The position numbers were made by a program, and so were the translations under genes. DNA of 63,995 bases, counting the filler, from Circinaria calcarea (lineage: Eukaryota), in NCBI GenBank assembly GCA_051942165.1. It is 4 parts of 4 records of this genome, joined end to end, with 100 filler letters (N's around TTAATTAATTAA, not from the genome) between each part and the next. Parts side by side here need not be neighbours in the genome. Positions count along the whole stretch, not along the records: positions 50,281 to 63,995 come from JAVECS010000478.1; 3 more parts are not named here. One strand, 5' to 3'. How positions within the stretch are numbered: the first letter of the stretch is position 1; each line of letters opens with the position of its first letter. The notes beneath the pieces are model-generated. The model made no database searches. It was not told where the DNA came from and saw only the letters and a list, made by a program, of their open reading frames with translations. Shown piece by piece: positions 50,281-61,493 of the stretch.

Positions 50281-50981
50281 CATACCTTTCCCGCCGCAAA
50301 AAGATAGTAGAAATATTAGATGATTAAAAAATTATCTAAAATAAAACCTGGCTTTCTCGGGGGAAAAAAAAAAAGTGAAGGATATACATAACATCATTCA
50401 CCTCACTCACTCACTCGTTTCTATACCGGGGGTGCGTATATCGCCATTTTCTGCATTTTTTTTTGCAGCAGAAACAAAAAAAAAACAAAAAAAACAAAAA
50501 AAAAGAACAATAATGGAGTTCAAAAGACGGCCGTGACACCATCATAGCTTTGTCCCCTTTTCCCCTCCCCTTCCCCTCATTGTGTTATTTTAATCCACCC
50601 TCACCGCACCTCACTGGAAGTTTTGGTTTTGGTTTTGGTTTGGTTGAACCGGGGGGTTTTTTAGTCAAGTCGGAAAACAAATTTCCCAATGGTAAAACTT
50701 CCGCCCTCACGGCGAGTATGGAATGGAGTTTGATTGTTATTGTTGGTTATGGTTATATCATTTTTGCTATAATATTTTAAAAAAAAAGGCTCAAAAAGAA
50801 TCTATGCGCCCCTTTTTGGTTTTTTTTTCCAGAGTCCCGAATTTTCTTTGGTATTCCGGCCCTTCCACCCCCCTCCCCCCCCTGGCTGGTGTGGGGGGAA
50901 AAAAGGGGAACCCTAAATGCATTCATCCATACATACCCCCTCGCTCATCACTCTGTCGCGCCTGCCCCTCAGCCCAATATC

Positions 50982-53900
50982 TCAAGCTTGAACTTGAAAT
51001 CTCATCTTCACGCCCATGGCACTCAGCTCCACGTCCAGGAACTTCAGCACCCCCGGCACCGCCACCACCGTCGTATCCTCGCCCCCCACCCAGCTGCCCC
51101 CGTCCCCATCCTCCCAGACCTCACTCTTGGACACCGCCCCTCCATCCGTGACCCGTCTCGCACACCGCCGGCATCTCACCACCCCGGTTCCTCTTCCGCC
51201 TTTCCGTCCTGCGCCGCCGACGGCCACGGTCGGTTGCGTGCTCAGAAAACTGCCGCAGGCCCTGCAGATCCACGCGCGCGTGTAATCGCTGCAGTTCAGC
51301 AGCCGGTCTTGCAGGAGGAAGGCGGCGCCGTGCGCGAGGAGGGCGTCTCGCTCCATCTCTCCGACTCGGATCCCTCCTCCTTTACTCCGGCCTTTGATGG
51401 GCTGTCCCGTAAGCGGGGTGACCGGCCCCGTCGTCCGGACTTGAAATTTATCATTCACCATGTGCCGGAGGCGTTGGTAGAAGACCACGCCGACATAGAT
51501 GTCGGCGGCAAACTCCCGCCCTGTGATGCCGCTGTACATTGGCTCATTTCCGTGATAATTGTACCCGGCAGCCTGCAACTGCGTACCAAAATAATCGCCA
51601 GCGGTATTTTCCTCATCGAACTTCCATGGTGATGAATCTTGGGCGATGCCGTGCAAAGCGCCCGATTTTCCGGCCAAAGACTCAACAAACATACCGATGG
51701 TCATACGAGAGGGGAAAGCGTGCGGGTTAATGATCACGTCGGGTACAATACCTGACTCCGAGAAAGGCATGTCGACCGCCGGCCATTTCTGGCTGCAGAC
51801 GCCCTTCTGCCCGTGGCGGGAGGAGAACTTATCGCCAATTACAGGGGAGCGAGGGATCCTGAGCTTGATACTGAGAGCTTGGCAGGGTAGGTCGCCACTT
51901 TCGGAGCCAAGGAGTCTGACTTCTTCAATGAATGCCGTTTCGCTATCTTTGTATTTATGGTAGGTGGTATGAGCGTCGCGATTGATAAACGCCTGGGTAG
52001 TGGAGTCAAAAGTGACGGTGTGTTCAGCACAGAGAACATCACCTTCTTGAATCATTGAGCCGATGTACGGGAGGCCATCTTGGTCAAGGCGATTTTTGAT
52101 GTTTGCGGCGACGAAACTGTTTGGGGCGAAGCCGAAGAGCTTGGTGATGGCGCCACGTGCGGTGCGAGATTGAGATTTGGCTTTCTCGTCAAGACGGATT
52201 ATCTTGGTTTTATAGATGGTTCCGTGACCAAATCCACGCTCATGCGCGGACTTATTCAAAATCATAGCGTCGTCCATGTCATAACCGGTATAAGAAATGA
52301 CCGCCACGACAGCGTTCATACCGTTGGGGAAATTGTCCAGCCCGTAGGCGTTGTATAGGGGTGGCCGGACGATTGGGGTTTGCCCCGTTTGTAGGCGATA
52401 TGCTTTGTTATCTGTACGGTATACGAGTGCTGTCCCTGGAGTACCCATGGCTTGTTTTCCCATCTGACATTGATACATATTCCGGGGAGATTGGTTGAAG
52501 TCTGAAAAAGGGGTTTGGTTCGCGACGATGGACAGGATGTTGGTAGGGTCGTACTCGACGTGTGTCGACTCTCCCGACTCGATCTCGGTTTCGATGCACG
52601 CTATGGACATGAATGGCTGTTCGAATGGGCCGACATAATCATTCTTCTCGAGTGGTAAATATCGGACTGGTCGGATCATTCGTGCAGCCTGAGATGAGAT
52701 GTATACGCCAGGATACTGACCCCCGTTTGAGTTCGGAATGTAACCGACCTCCAGCTCAACAGGTACCTTGTTCTGTCGTCCGACCTTCCAATACCGGAGA
52801 GTGTCTCCGATAATTCGGGCTTGCTTTGGTGAGCAATACCCCATAATACGGCCGTCAAGTTGCACAACGACGCTGTCATCAGTTGAAGCAGAGGAGGACA
52901 CCACTACGCCCAAGCCAGCAAGCAATCTGGGTAAGGCGGACACATCGAGATTTCGGGTGGTGATCTTGCATTTGTGAGCTAAATGATTCAACAGGCCGCA
53001 GGGGCTGCCATCAGGAGTATGAACGGGACATAAGAAACCCCAGCTCTCTGGTAATAGCTTTCGTACAGTGGTCGTTTTCAATTGGGCAAAGAAACTTCCT
53101 CTATGCACCATACGAAAGTGACTGATGAATCTGTAAAAATTGATTTTCTCTGCTACAACAGTAAATCCGGAAACTTGCTGCAAGTCAAGTCCAGAACGAC
53201 TAACCAAGTTTCCCGTGGACAAGAAATAATCAAGAAGACTGCCAATGTTCTCGTTCGTCTTTCTCAGAATCTTGTTGCTAAAAGTTTTGAGAAAATCCTG
53301 GTGTGTGAATCTGGTTCCATTGATCCGACACCAGTCTCGACATTCTCTTTGCATTGAGTCCAACCAGTCCTGCAACCTCTCCTTGATAATCATTCCGTAG
53401 AGGAACCCACCCAGCAATATTTCTTGGTTCGAGACGGCATCAGGGTTATCAACGGCGCAATCACCAGCCACTAATGCATAAAGCTTTCTGATCATGAAGA
53501 GCAGCATCTTAAATTTGTCACTGTCCTGGGATTCAGTTACCTTGACATTCCCTAGATGCACAAGGACAATCTTTCGTAAGAACTCAGCACCAGCCTCTTC
53601 ATCAGGCATATCCTCGGACACACCAAGCACAGGTTTGAATTTTCCACCTAGATAGGCACGTGTCTTTGCTTTACCATGTACCTTATAAGCTTTATATGCA
53701 CGCAGCAGGAGTTCGACGCGATCTGTCATAAACGAGTTTTCTGCGCCCTTGGAGCCGGCTGTGCCAACAAGACCTTCAAAGATCTCTCGATCATTAGTTT
53801 CAACTAGAGCCTTGAGTATCATCACAACGGGCACCAAGTACTCATTCTTCTGCCACGAAAAACGGAAGGTAATATTGCCGTCACTTAGGTAATGGAGGAC

Positions 53901-54656
53901 ATTAGTTTGTGACGTTTGATCTGGCCGTACACATCGGATCTGGACTCCAAATTTGGTGTATGCTGATCCGCGTTTGACAAATGAAGTCCGAATGATAGCC
54001 ATAGGATAGTTACGTTTGGCAACGATAAGCATGCGTATGAGTTTTTCATTCCCGTTAACGATGAAGTAGCCACCCAGCTCCTCGGATTCCTCCTTGTGTT
54101 GGACAAGCTCAGCGGGTGAGCATTTCTCGAGATGGCACCTATTACTCCTAAGCATAATTGGGATTTGACCCATCTCCCGAACCGATTCCTGCCATTCTCC
54201 ATTGTTGACCCTAAACTCGATTTTGGTTTTCAGTCTACCGCGGTAGGTCGCATGCCTCTCTCGACATTCCGCCGGATAGATTTCTCGGTTTCTCGTACTG
54301 AACTTGTTGGTGGGAGGAAGAATGGCCTTCTCGACATAGAGATTCCTAATTCGTACACTGAACCTATTTCTCTTTTCATACGGCCTGCCCTCCGTTTCCC
54401 TATCCGCCCTGTCTTTGGTAGTCTCCTCATTATCCAAGAACGATTTTGTCCCAATATCCTTCAGAGCCGCCTCAAGGAGGCTATCATTCTCGAGAAGTGC
54501 ATTGAAGGATTCAATGTGAGGTCGGATAGCGTCAAGGAGCATTGGGTAGGCCGAGTGGTCCCTGGGGGGGTTTTGAAAGAGTCTCTCGCGACGCAGAGTA
54601 TCGAATTCGGTGGTCCACTGAGTGTTAGTTGGAGAGGTCACAGAAAAGGATGCCAT
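50982..54656 (-). CDS. RPA135: DNA-directed RNA polymerase I second-largest subunit
   Basis: 1224-aa ORF: YPAECRERH, RKLLPESWGFLCPVHTPDGSPCGLLNH, NQSPRNMYQCQMGKQ, GDKFSSRHGQKG, GGIRVGEMERD, C-terminal Zn ribbon. Confidence 0.98.
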   Translation of the reverse strand: MASFSVTSPTNTQWTTEFDTLRRERLFQNPPRDHSAYPMLLDAIRPHIESFNALLENDSLLEAALKDIGTKSFLDNEETTKDRADRETEGRPYEKRNRFSVRIRNLYVEKAILPPTNKFSTRNREIYPAECRERHATYRGRLKTKIEFRVNNGEWQESVREMGQIPIMLRSNRCHLEKCSPAELVQHKEESEELGGYFIVNGNEKLIRMLIVAKRNYPMAIIRTSFVKRGSAYTKFGVQIRCVRPDQTSQTNVLHYLSDGNITFRFSWQKNEYLVPVVMILKALVETNDREIFEGLVGTAGSKGAENSFMTDRVELLLRAYKAYKVHGKAKTRAYLGGKFKPVLGVSEDMPDEEAGAEFLRKIVLVHLGNVKVTESQDSDKFKMLLFMIRKLYALVAGDCAVDNPDAVSNQEILLGGFLYGMIIKERLQDWLDSMQRECRDWCRINGTRFTHQDFLKTFSNKILRKTNENIGSLLDYFLSTGNLVSRSGLDLQQVSGFTVVAEKINFYRFISHFRMVHRGSFFAQLKTTTVRKLLPESWGFLCPVHTPDGSPCGLLNHLAHKCKITTRNLDVSALPRLLAGLGVVVSSSASTDDSVVVQLDGRIMGYCSPKQARIIGDTLRYWKVGRQNKVPVELEVGYIPNSNGGQYPGVYISSQAARMIRPVRYLPLEKNDYVGPFEQPFMSIACIETEIESGESTHVEYDPTNILSIVANQTPFSDFNQSPRNMYQCQMGKQAMGTPGTALVYRTDNKAYRLQTGQTPIVRPPLYNAYGLDNFPNGMNAVVAVISYTGYDMDDAMILNKSAHERGFGHGTIYKTKIIRLDEKAKSQSRTARGAITKLFGFAPNSFVAANIKNRLDQDGLPYIGSMIQEGDVLCAEHTVTFDSTTQAFINRDAHTTYHKYKDSETAFIEEVRLLGSESGDLPCQALSIKLRIPRSPVIGDKFSSRHGQKGVCSQKWPAVDMPFSESGIVPDVIINPHAFPSRMTIGMFVESLAGKSGALHGIAQDSSPWKFDEENTAGDYFGTQLQAAGYNYHGNEPMYSGITGREFAADIYVGVVFYQRLRHMVNDKFQVRTTGPVTPLTGQPIKGRSKGGGIRVGEMERDALLAHGAAFLLQDRLLNCSDYTRAWICRACGSFLSTQPTVAVGGAGRKGGRGTGVVRCRRCARRVTDGGAVSKSEVWEDGDGGSWVGGEDTTVVAVPGVLKFLDVELSAMGVKMRFQVQA

Positions 54657-55272
54657 GGTGAATCAGAAGGCCGCAGAGACCACTTGACGCAATGGGACGG
54701 GAGAAGACGTTATGCTACCTGTAACAAACGAGTAATACCTTTTTTAAATAAAATCATATGTTTTTCCTTTAATGGACTTTCGAGAGCTCACCCCAGTTTT
54801 CTTATCGATAAACGGACCCATTCAGGCTTAGCGGCACCGATGCGCACAACGGTGGTGGCGGCCTTAATGCAACCGCCGCCATGGATGGATGGGCAGAACG
54901 AATCCGTAGATTCACGCGCCCGAAAAAAAGACATTCGATCACCTGCACACCGCAACAGAGGGACGGAGAACCAGCCACCTTCATTACCGTTGCCATATTC
55001 ATCCGGGCAGTCGGAGTAAGCCTACGGGAGGAGCTTTTGCACAACATTCGAGTCTCGCACAAGCCGTCAATTATTCGTGTTCATCGACTTTTATCTAACT
55101 ACCCGGGATCTTTCTCCCATCACGTCTTTGGGCAGAGCCCCCCGCTTCCCGCTTGCATTTCTCGACCGCGCACCAGTCATCCGAGGATACATCCACCCGA
55201 TTCCTTGTCCACCACGGCCTTCACGACGAGTAACAGAACTAGATCAGTTTGTCAACAAGGTCCACTGCGAGC

Positions 55273-56210
55273 ATGGCAGGCTTCTTCAAAAGCATCTATG
55301 ATTGGCTGTTGCGCCTCTTCTGGTCCGTTCGTCCATGCCTCGCCTGGTGACAGAGCTCGTTGGAGCTACATTTGATGAATGGAGCAACGCCTAATCTCTG
55401 CTGTCATGCTGACGAGATTGTCGTAACCGTAGGGCGACCGAAATGGATATCACCATGATTGGCTTGCAAAACGCTGGCAAGACGTCGCTGTTGCGAGTAT
55501 TGGCGGTATGGATCCATGCTTCCCGTATCGACGGTGCATGAATTGGAGAAGATTCATGCAATGGCTGACAGTGTATTCGCTAGGGTGGCGAGTTCACGAT
55601 AGAGTACGTTTGGACGATGCGAACTGTATTTCTCTGCGTAGTTGTCGTCAGCGCACCATTTCTGATCATGTACCTTGTGCAGCTCGATCCCCACGGTAGG
55701 CTTCAACATGAAGCGCGTCCAGAAGGGTCATGTCACATTGAAGTGGTACGTCGATGGGGTCCCTGTCCGCCCACTGGTGATGGTTTTAGACTCGTCCTAA
55801 TCTCTCTGCAGTTGGGATCTAGGCGGTCAGCCTCGGTTCCGCTCAATGTGGGAGAGGTATTGCCGCGGAGTCAATGCGATTGTGTATGCCTCCAAGAGGG
55901 TACCGACTCGGTGCAATGACTGACAACCTCCCCTAGGTACATCGTGGACGCGGCGGATAAAGAAGCTCTTCCCATAGCAGCCGAAGAGCTTCATGCCTTA
56001 CTCGAAAAGCCGGTCCTGGATGGCATTCCATTGCTCGTGCTCGGCAACAAGTCCGATCTGCCGGAAAAGCTTTCAGTCGACCAGCTCATTGAGGCCTTGA
56101 ATCTGAAAGCGGTGTCGCATCGCGAAGTGAGCTGCTATGGGATCAGTGCAAAAGAAGAAACAAATCTTGACGCGGTGTTACAATGGCTGATTGCCCGAAC
56201 GAGCAAGTGA
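55273..56210 (+). CDS. ARL8: ADP-ribosylation factor-like GTPase 8 (six exons)
   Basis: [17 protein letters not shown] / [18 protein letters not shown] / GGEFTID / [12 protein letters not shown] / [19 protein letters not shown] / LVLGNKSDL. Confidence 0.95.
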
Positions 56211-57089
56211 TCATCAGGACGAGACATGAACAAAACAAACGAGAGTGACTTCGCTACGATCTTGGCTGGGAGGTATTTTATGAATTGACGAAGTGATGGA
56301 AAACGCAAGCAAGTCGCATTGCAAACCAGCAATGGCAAAGCGTAATACATCCCCACTGCCCATAGCAAAACGTTCTGGCTTTTGATTTCCTGTGCTTTGA
56401 CAGTCTTACTTCTCTTTCTGATATCTCTCTCCGAACTGTAAGGTTCTAGTTGGATTGCAAGTATAAAAAGGATGTAGCAGGGTCGGGGCCCAGCCCTTCA
56501 AAATAGGAACATATACGGAGCATGCCCAGTCCAAGAGTGACAAATTCCTCTGTGGTTAGCAGCCGTAACGTCTTGGTCTCAGGGATAGTCACTTTGATAG
56601 AAGAGGCCTTTGTAGGATGAAGACTATCGAAATGTGGTAGGTTGAGTATCAACAGCACACAATAGACAGAAAATGCGACGACTGCGTACACAACAATCAC
56701 AATGGTTGAAGAGGGAAGCAGAGCGAAGACAGACATGAGGGCCATAAACAAAAGATGCCACGGACAACGCATAGTGCATAAAGATCTGCGGCTAGCGGTT
56801 GACAAATGATCATGGGCCAGGGTCCCCATTTTGCCACCGGGGGAACCCAGTTCCGATTCAGGTGTGCTTGGCATGCGTCAACACAGCCTTCCTCCTCTTG
56901 CGCGTCCCTCATGTCCAAGGTTGTTGCCATTCCTAAAAAGGCCTTCCAGCATCAGCTTTATATCAGGCTGTCATCCACCCGTTCTTAGCATCCTTTATCA
57001 TCGTTCCTACCCATTAATCTGCCGTTACTCAACGAGAACCGCTGCACTTGAGCGTGTCATTGTCTAAATCTCAGTTGTTTTAGGTAACC

Positions 57090-57758
57090 ATGGCAGTCCT
57101 TGGGCTTGTTCCTCGACAATAGTGAGTACCGGACTCTACGCCAGCACTTGGGTCAAAGCTATACCACTGATACTCTCCCACAACCATGGAGCTGACTTTG
57201 TGCCTTTCACGTTAGTGGTTACGGTTACGGTTACGGTTACGGATACAGGAGCGGTTGGAATGGCTACGGTCGATGGATTCTTCTGGGGGCCATCATTTTG
57301 GCGGCCTTCCTGATCTTCCTCCTCTTCTCGTAGGTTGGCCAGTTGCTGGAATGAAACTTGTTGAACGCTACTAAACATGCTTTAGCTGTATCACCGCTCG
57401 TCGACGTCGTCGCGCGGGATTCCGTCCTTATCCTTTGACCGGATGGGCAGCAGGTCGTACTCCCCCAGGCCATGCACCAGCACAGTACACTGGTGGCCCA
57501 GCACACCCTTACAACAACAATCCCGGCACTGACTACAGCCACCAAAACCCTCCAATTTACTCGGCTCCACCAAACCCGCCGCCCAATCAAAACATATATG
57601 GTAATGGAAATCAAGGTTATTTTGGAGGTCAACAGAGTGGGGTAGAATTGCAGCAACCCAACAATGCGTATCAGCCGCCGAGAGGAGATGAATCTGTCTA
57701 TGGCGCTCCTCCAGGTCCGCCTCCAGGCAAGAAAGAGAGCGATGGATTCATCAGATGA
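57090..57758 (+). CDS. RCR-type (chitin synthesis regulation / Congo red resistance) single-pass membrane protein
   Basis: Three exons: MAVLGLVPRQ / GYGYGYGYRSGWNGYGRWILLGAIILAAFLIFLLFS / CITARRRRRAGFRPYPLTGW...PPIYS...GVELQQP...PPPGK. Confidence 0.8.
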
Positions 57759-58476
57759 ATTTTTGCATCGGTGATATTTGTTACGGTTGGATGAGAACAC
57801 ACTGGAACTGCTTTTAGGGAATCGGTGCAGCGGAGTTGATGATCATCACTGTTCATTGAACAGGATATTCCAGAAGGCGTTTGGCACAATTGACAAGGCC
57901 GTATGCTTTAGGTATTCTGAAGTTGGTTAACCCGTTATTGCCGGTAATTTCACTTCATGTAGACAGTTTGCACCCTCATAGATCCTAATTCACGCAATGG
58001 TTGTCACTTACTACAGGTTAATCGAACAGCGTTGCCTGCACAATTGTCACAAGTTTTTGGAGAATGACATTCTGACACCATAGAGAGAGATCTATTGATG
58101 ATCTTGTAATCCCCTTTGCAATATGTATGGAGTACTCCGTACGTAGGCCTCGAATTGTGGCGTGACTTGTGGCGTGACGTGCATTCTTAGCGCCCTCTTC
58201 TGCCTTGTTGCTATAAAGTATTTACGAACGTTCCCATCATTTTGTGCTTGAGAAGATATCTGGTGTTGTTTCCAACCACCGAGTCATCTTTCTGTACCTC
58301 CACCACGAAGTCCTATTACCTGCTTGCAAACCGCACTCCATCTTAAAACTACGCCATACACACATGTATACGAATAGCCGTCGATGGCTCACTGACTCTC
58401 GCTCTCTTCGTTAGGTCCAGGTCGTGTGCCAGCACACAATAAATCTAATCAAGCTTCAAAGTAACTCATCTTCGCC

Positions 58477-60694
58477 ATGGCTTCTATTTCAGATGACGAA
58501 CTAGAATATCTCTCGCCTTCGTTCGACCCCTCAACTCTTACAGTACCGCGCATACGAGCTATCTTAGTCTCACATGATATCCCGTATCCTGCGTCAGCAA
58601 AAAAACCTCAACTGATTGACATCTTTACCCAGGAGCTTGTTCCGCGATCGCGCAGGATTCTCGCTGCGCGGTCAAGGACGCAGCGGACCAGTAGGGGCAT
58701 TAAGGACATGCCAAGTAGTCAAGAGGGAACCGTCAGTGGGGATGAAGAAGATACCGGACTGATGCCACCACCCCCCGTGCCTGACACAACAAGACGCAAG
58801 ACGAGGAGAAGTCCTCGCGCATCGATTGAAGATACTCCAGACGATAATAGCCTGCCAAAGAGAACGCCCGGCACTCGGAAGAGCACCAATAAGCACCCTC
58901 GAACATCGGACAGTGAGGCTGGACCAGAGATGGACGCTAGAAAACCTCAAGTACGCAGGACCCGAAAGAGTGATATCACACCTAGTGTAAAATTGGAAGA
59001 GCCCCAGAACCCTCCCATAAGGCCTTCATTAGGTGCAAGCGCGTTTAGCGACGAAAACCCTTTTCAAAGTGGCAGCTCGCCTCTGGCTTCATCTGAAAAT
59101 AGACGCAAAAGTGCTGGGCTCAATAGCGATAGGAGGAAAAGCTCATCGCGGCGTAGGAGGACTGAAGGTGTCAGCAACTCAGATTCGACCCAGGTTAAGC
59201 AGGAGAACGGGGTCATGGTTCCTTCAGCTAAAACGTTTGAAATTCCAATAGCACGCCTAAAACAGAAAGGCTCGAAGGTAGAAGATGGGTCTCCAGATGA
59301 CGCTGATGTCGGAGAAGAGTTCACGCCCGAGGAGCAGCTAGAGCTCGTCCGAGAACGCGCTGCCAATGGTGAAAGGGACATTCTCCCTCCGAGAAGGAAG
59401 AAGCGAGTGCAACAGTCAAGTCGAGTGTCTAAAAGTGCACCCTGGATAGTCATCATGACCTTGATCACAGGATATGCAGCATGGTTGCGAAGGGAGAAGA
59501 TTGAAGTCGGATACTGTGGGGTCGGAAGACCATCAACAACATTGGCGAATGTACAACTACCTTACTGGGCTAGCTTTTTCCAACCAGATTGCGAACCTTG
59601 CCCACAACACGCCATTTGCTACCCGGATATGGTAGCGCGCTGCGAACAAGATTTTGTGCTCAAGCCACATCCCTTGTCCTTGGCTGGGTTGGTACCGCTG
59701 CCACCTACGTGTGAACCTGATGGCGAGAAGGCACGTAGAGTCAAGGCTGTAGCTGACAAGGCTGTGGAGGAGTTAAGGGAAAGGCGAGCGAAGTGGGAAT
59801 GTGGAGATTTGGTAGAGGAGAATGGCAGGGCTGCGGTCGCAGTGGAGATTGACGAGGTCGACCTCAAGAAGGAGGTGAGTCAAAAGAGACGGAAAGGCAT
59901 GTCAGAAGCCGAGTTTGAGGATCTCTGGAGAGGAGCACTTGGGGAAATAATGGGGAGAGATGAGGTGACTAGTGATATCAGTGGGTATGTTTTCCTGACA
60001 TGCTTCAAGCCCGAAACAACCCCAACGCGCCTGCTATCATGCATTTCTGACACGACCGACTAACCAGATACCTCGTCACTACCACAGAAACACGCACACT
60101 CACCGTCTTAGTTCCAGCTCCTTCTCTCGCCTGCCCCTCGGCTGCGCCATCCGAAGATCCGCGCGCCTCACGTTGGCGCGATATCGAGTCGAGCTTGCTG
60201 GCCTGATTCTCTTGGCGATGCTCTTTGGTATTGTGCGTCACCGTATACTCACACTACGGGACGATACTGCTCGAGTGCCGGTTCTCGTCTCTACTACGTT
60301 GGATCGCTTGGCCACTCAAGCAGCCCTGCATGCACAAGGTAGTAGCCCGGAACCGTGGATTAGTGTTGGGCAGATGAGGGACGATGTTTTGCGTGACGAG
60401 TTTTCGGCCAAGAGAAGGGAAGCGATCTGGAAACGAGTCAAGGCTGTGGTGGAAGCGAATGCGAATGTTCGGCCCAGTGTCCGGGAAGGGAGGGCTGGGG
60501 AGGTCAGTCGGGTTTGGGAATGGATTGGGAGCGTCGGGATGATGGAAGATGCTTGGTCAGGGGATAGGAGGAAAAGTGGAAGATACAGCATTGGTCCGAT
60601 TGCAACACCGGACGGGACTACTACTCCGGGCTCTGGAGGAAAGGCAGAGGTGATGGAGCAGAGGAAATGGAACGAAGGCCATCCTATTTTCTAA
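58477..60694 (+). CDS. SRC1: Inner nuclear membrane LEM/HeH + MSC (Man1-Src1) protein
   Basis: N-terminal YLSPSFDPSTLTVPRIRAILVSHDIPYPASAKKPQLIDIF, TM helix, GYCG...CEPCPQHAIC, intron ~59985-60068, second TM helix, RDDVLR...W...VEANANVR...WEWIG. Confidence 0.92.
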
Positions 60695-61493
60695 CGTAAC
60701 GTTATAATACCATTAGAGGTGCTATTATCGTATGCTAATGTGTCGATTGCCTAATGAAGGTGATGCTCGGATCAAATCCATCAATCCCAAGGTGGCGATG
60801 ATGAATAACTAGAGTGCTTAAATAGGGGGCCGTATGCAGATATTTCTACTGGAGACAAGGTGGAACTCAAGCACGGGGTAGGCATCACCTTGAGCACTGC
60901 TCTGATACCCGACGGTTTCTCGTCCTAGTAGCCACCTACAGTGTATGTCTGAGTCTTTGGAGGAGTCGAACTCGAGTACTCCGTACTTTGTATGCTGGGG
61001 AACAGGAAAATCCCAAAAAAAAAAAGAGGCATTGGGGTGACCTTGATATTACCACAGGCGAGTAGCAAGGCCCAAACATTTTAGTGCACGGGTTTTTACA
61101 AGTTCGGTGTATTCTCGGTGGAATCGGCTATGCAGATGCTAAAAATAAAAGCAGATGCGATATACTTTAGCTACGATGAAAACACGTACGGCGTATGGAC
61201 GAGGGTTTCAAGGAGAATATAGAGACTTATTCAGTACTGCGGACGTGTTAGGTTGCTTTGGTGAGCAAAGGTCATTGGCGGGCGGACTTTTTAAGGGCCC
61301 GGGATCCTTCGCGCGATAAATGAGGAGAAGCGAATTGAAATGTGGCCTCGAGCTACCGGGTACTTAAGATAGAGCCACATTGGAGACAGCTCTACCACAC
61401 CTCACTCCATCTTCATCCCCCTCCCCCATCGAAAGACTCTGGAAGTCTGACACTTTTCCCGTCTTTACAAATTCACCAGTACACGCCACAATC

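Noticed and set aside
50889..55375. Long antisense or overlapping ORFs (50889-51632, 54132-55019, 54881-55375) and similar ones opposite EMC1 and PDI1
   Set aside because: Shadow ORFs of GC-rich coding sequence or promoter DNA with no recognisable motifs.
58131..60990. Recurrent AGTACTCCGTAC motif in intergenic DNA (~58131, ~60975)
   Set aside because: TACTCCGTA is a commonly enriched intergenic word in filamentous ascomycetes; nothing locus-specific.
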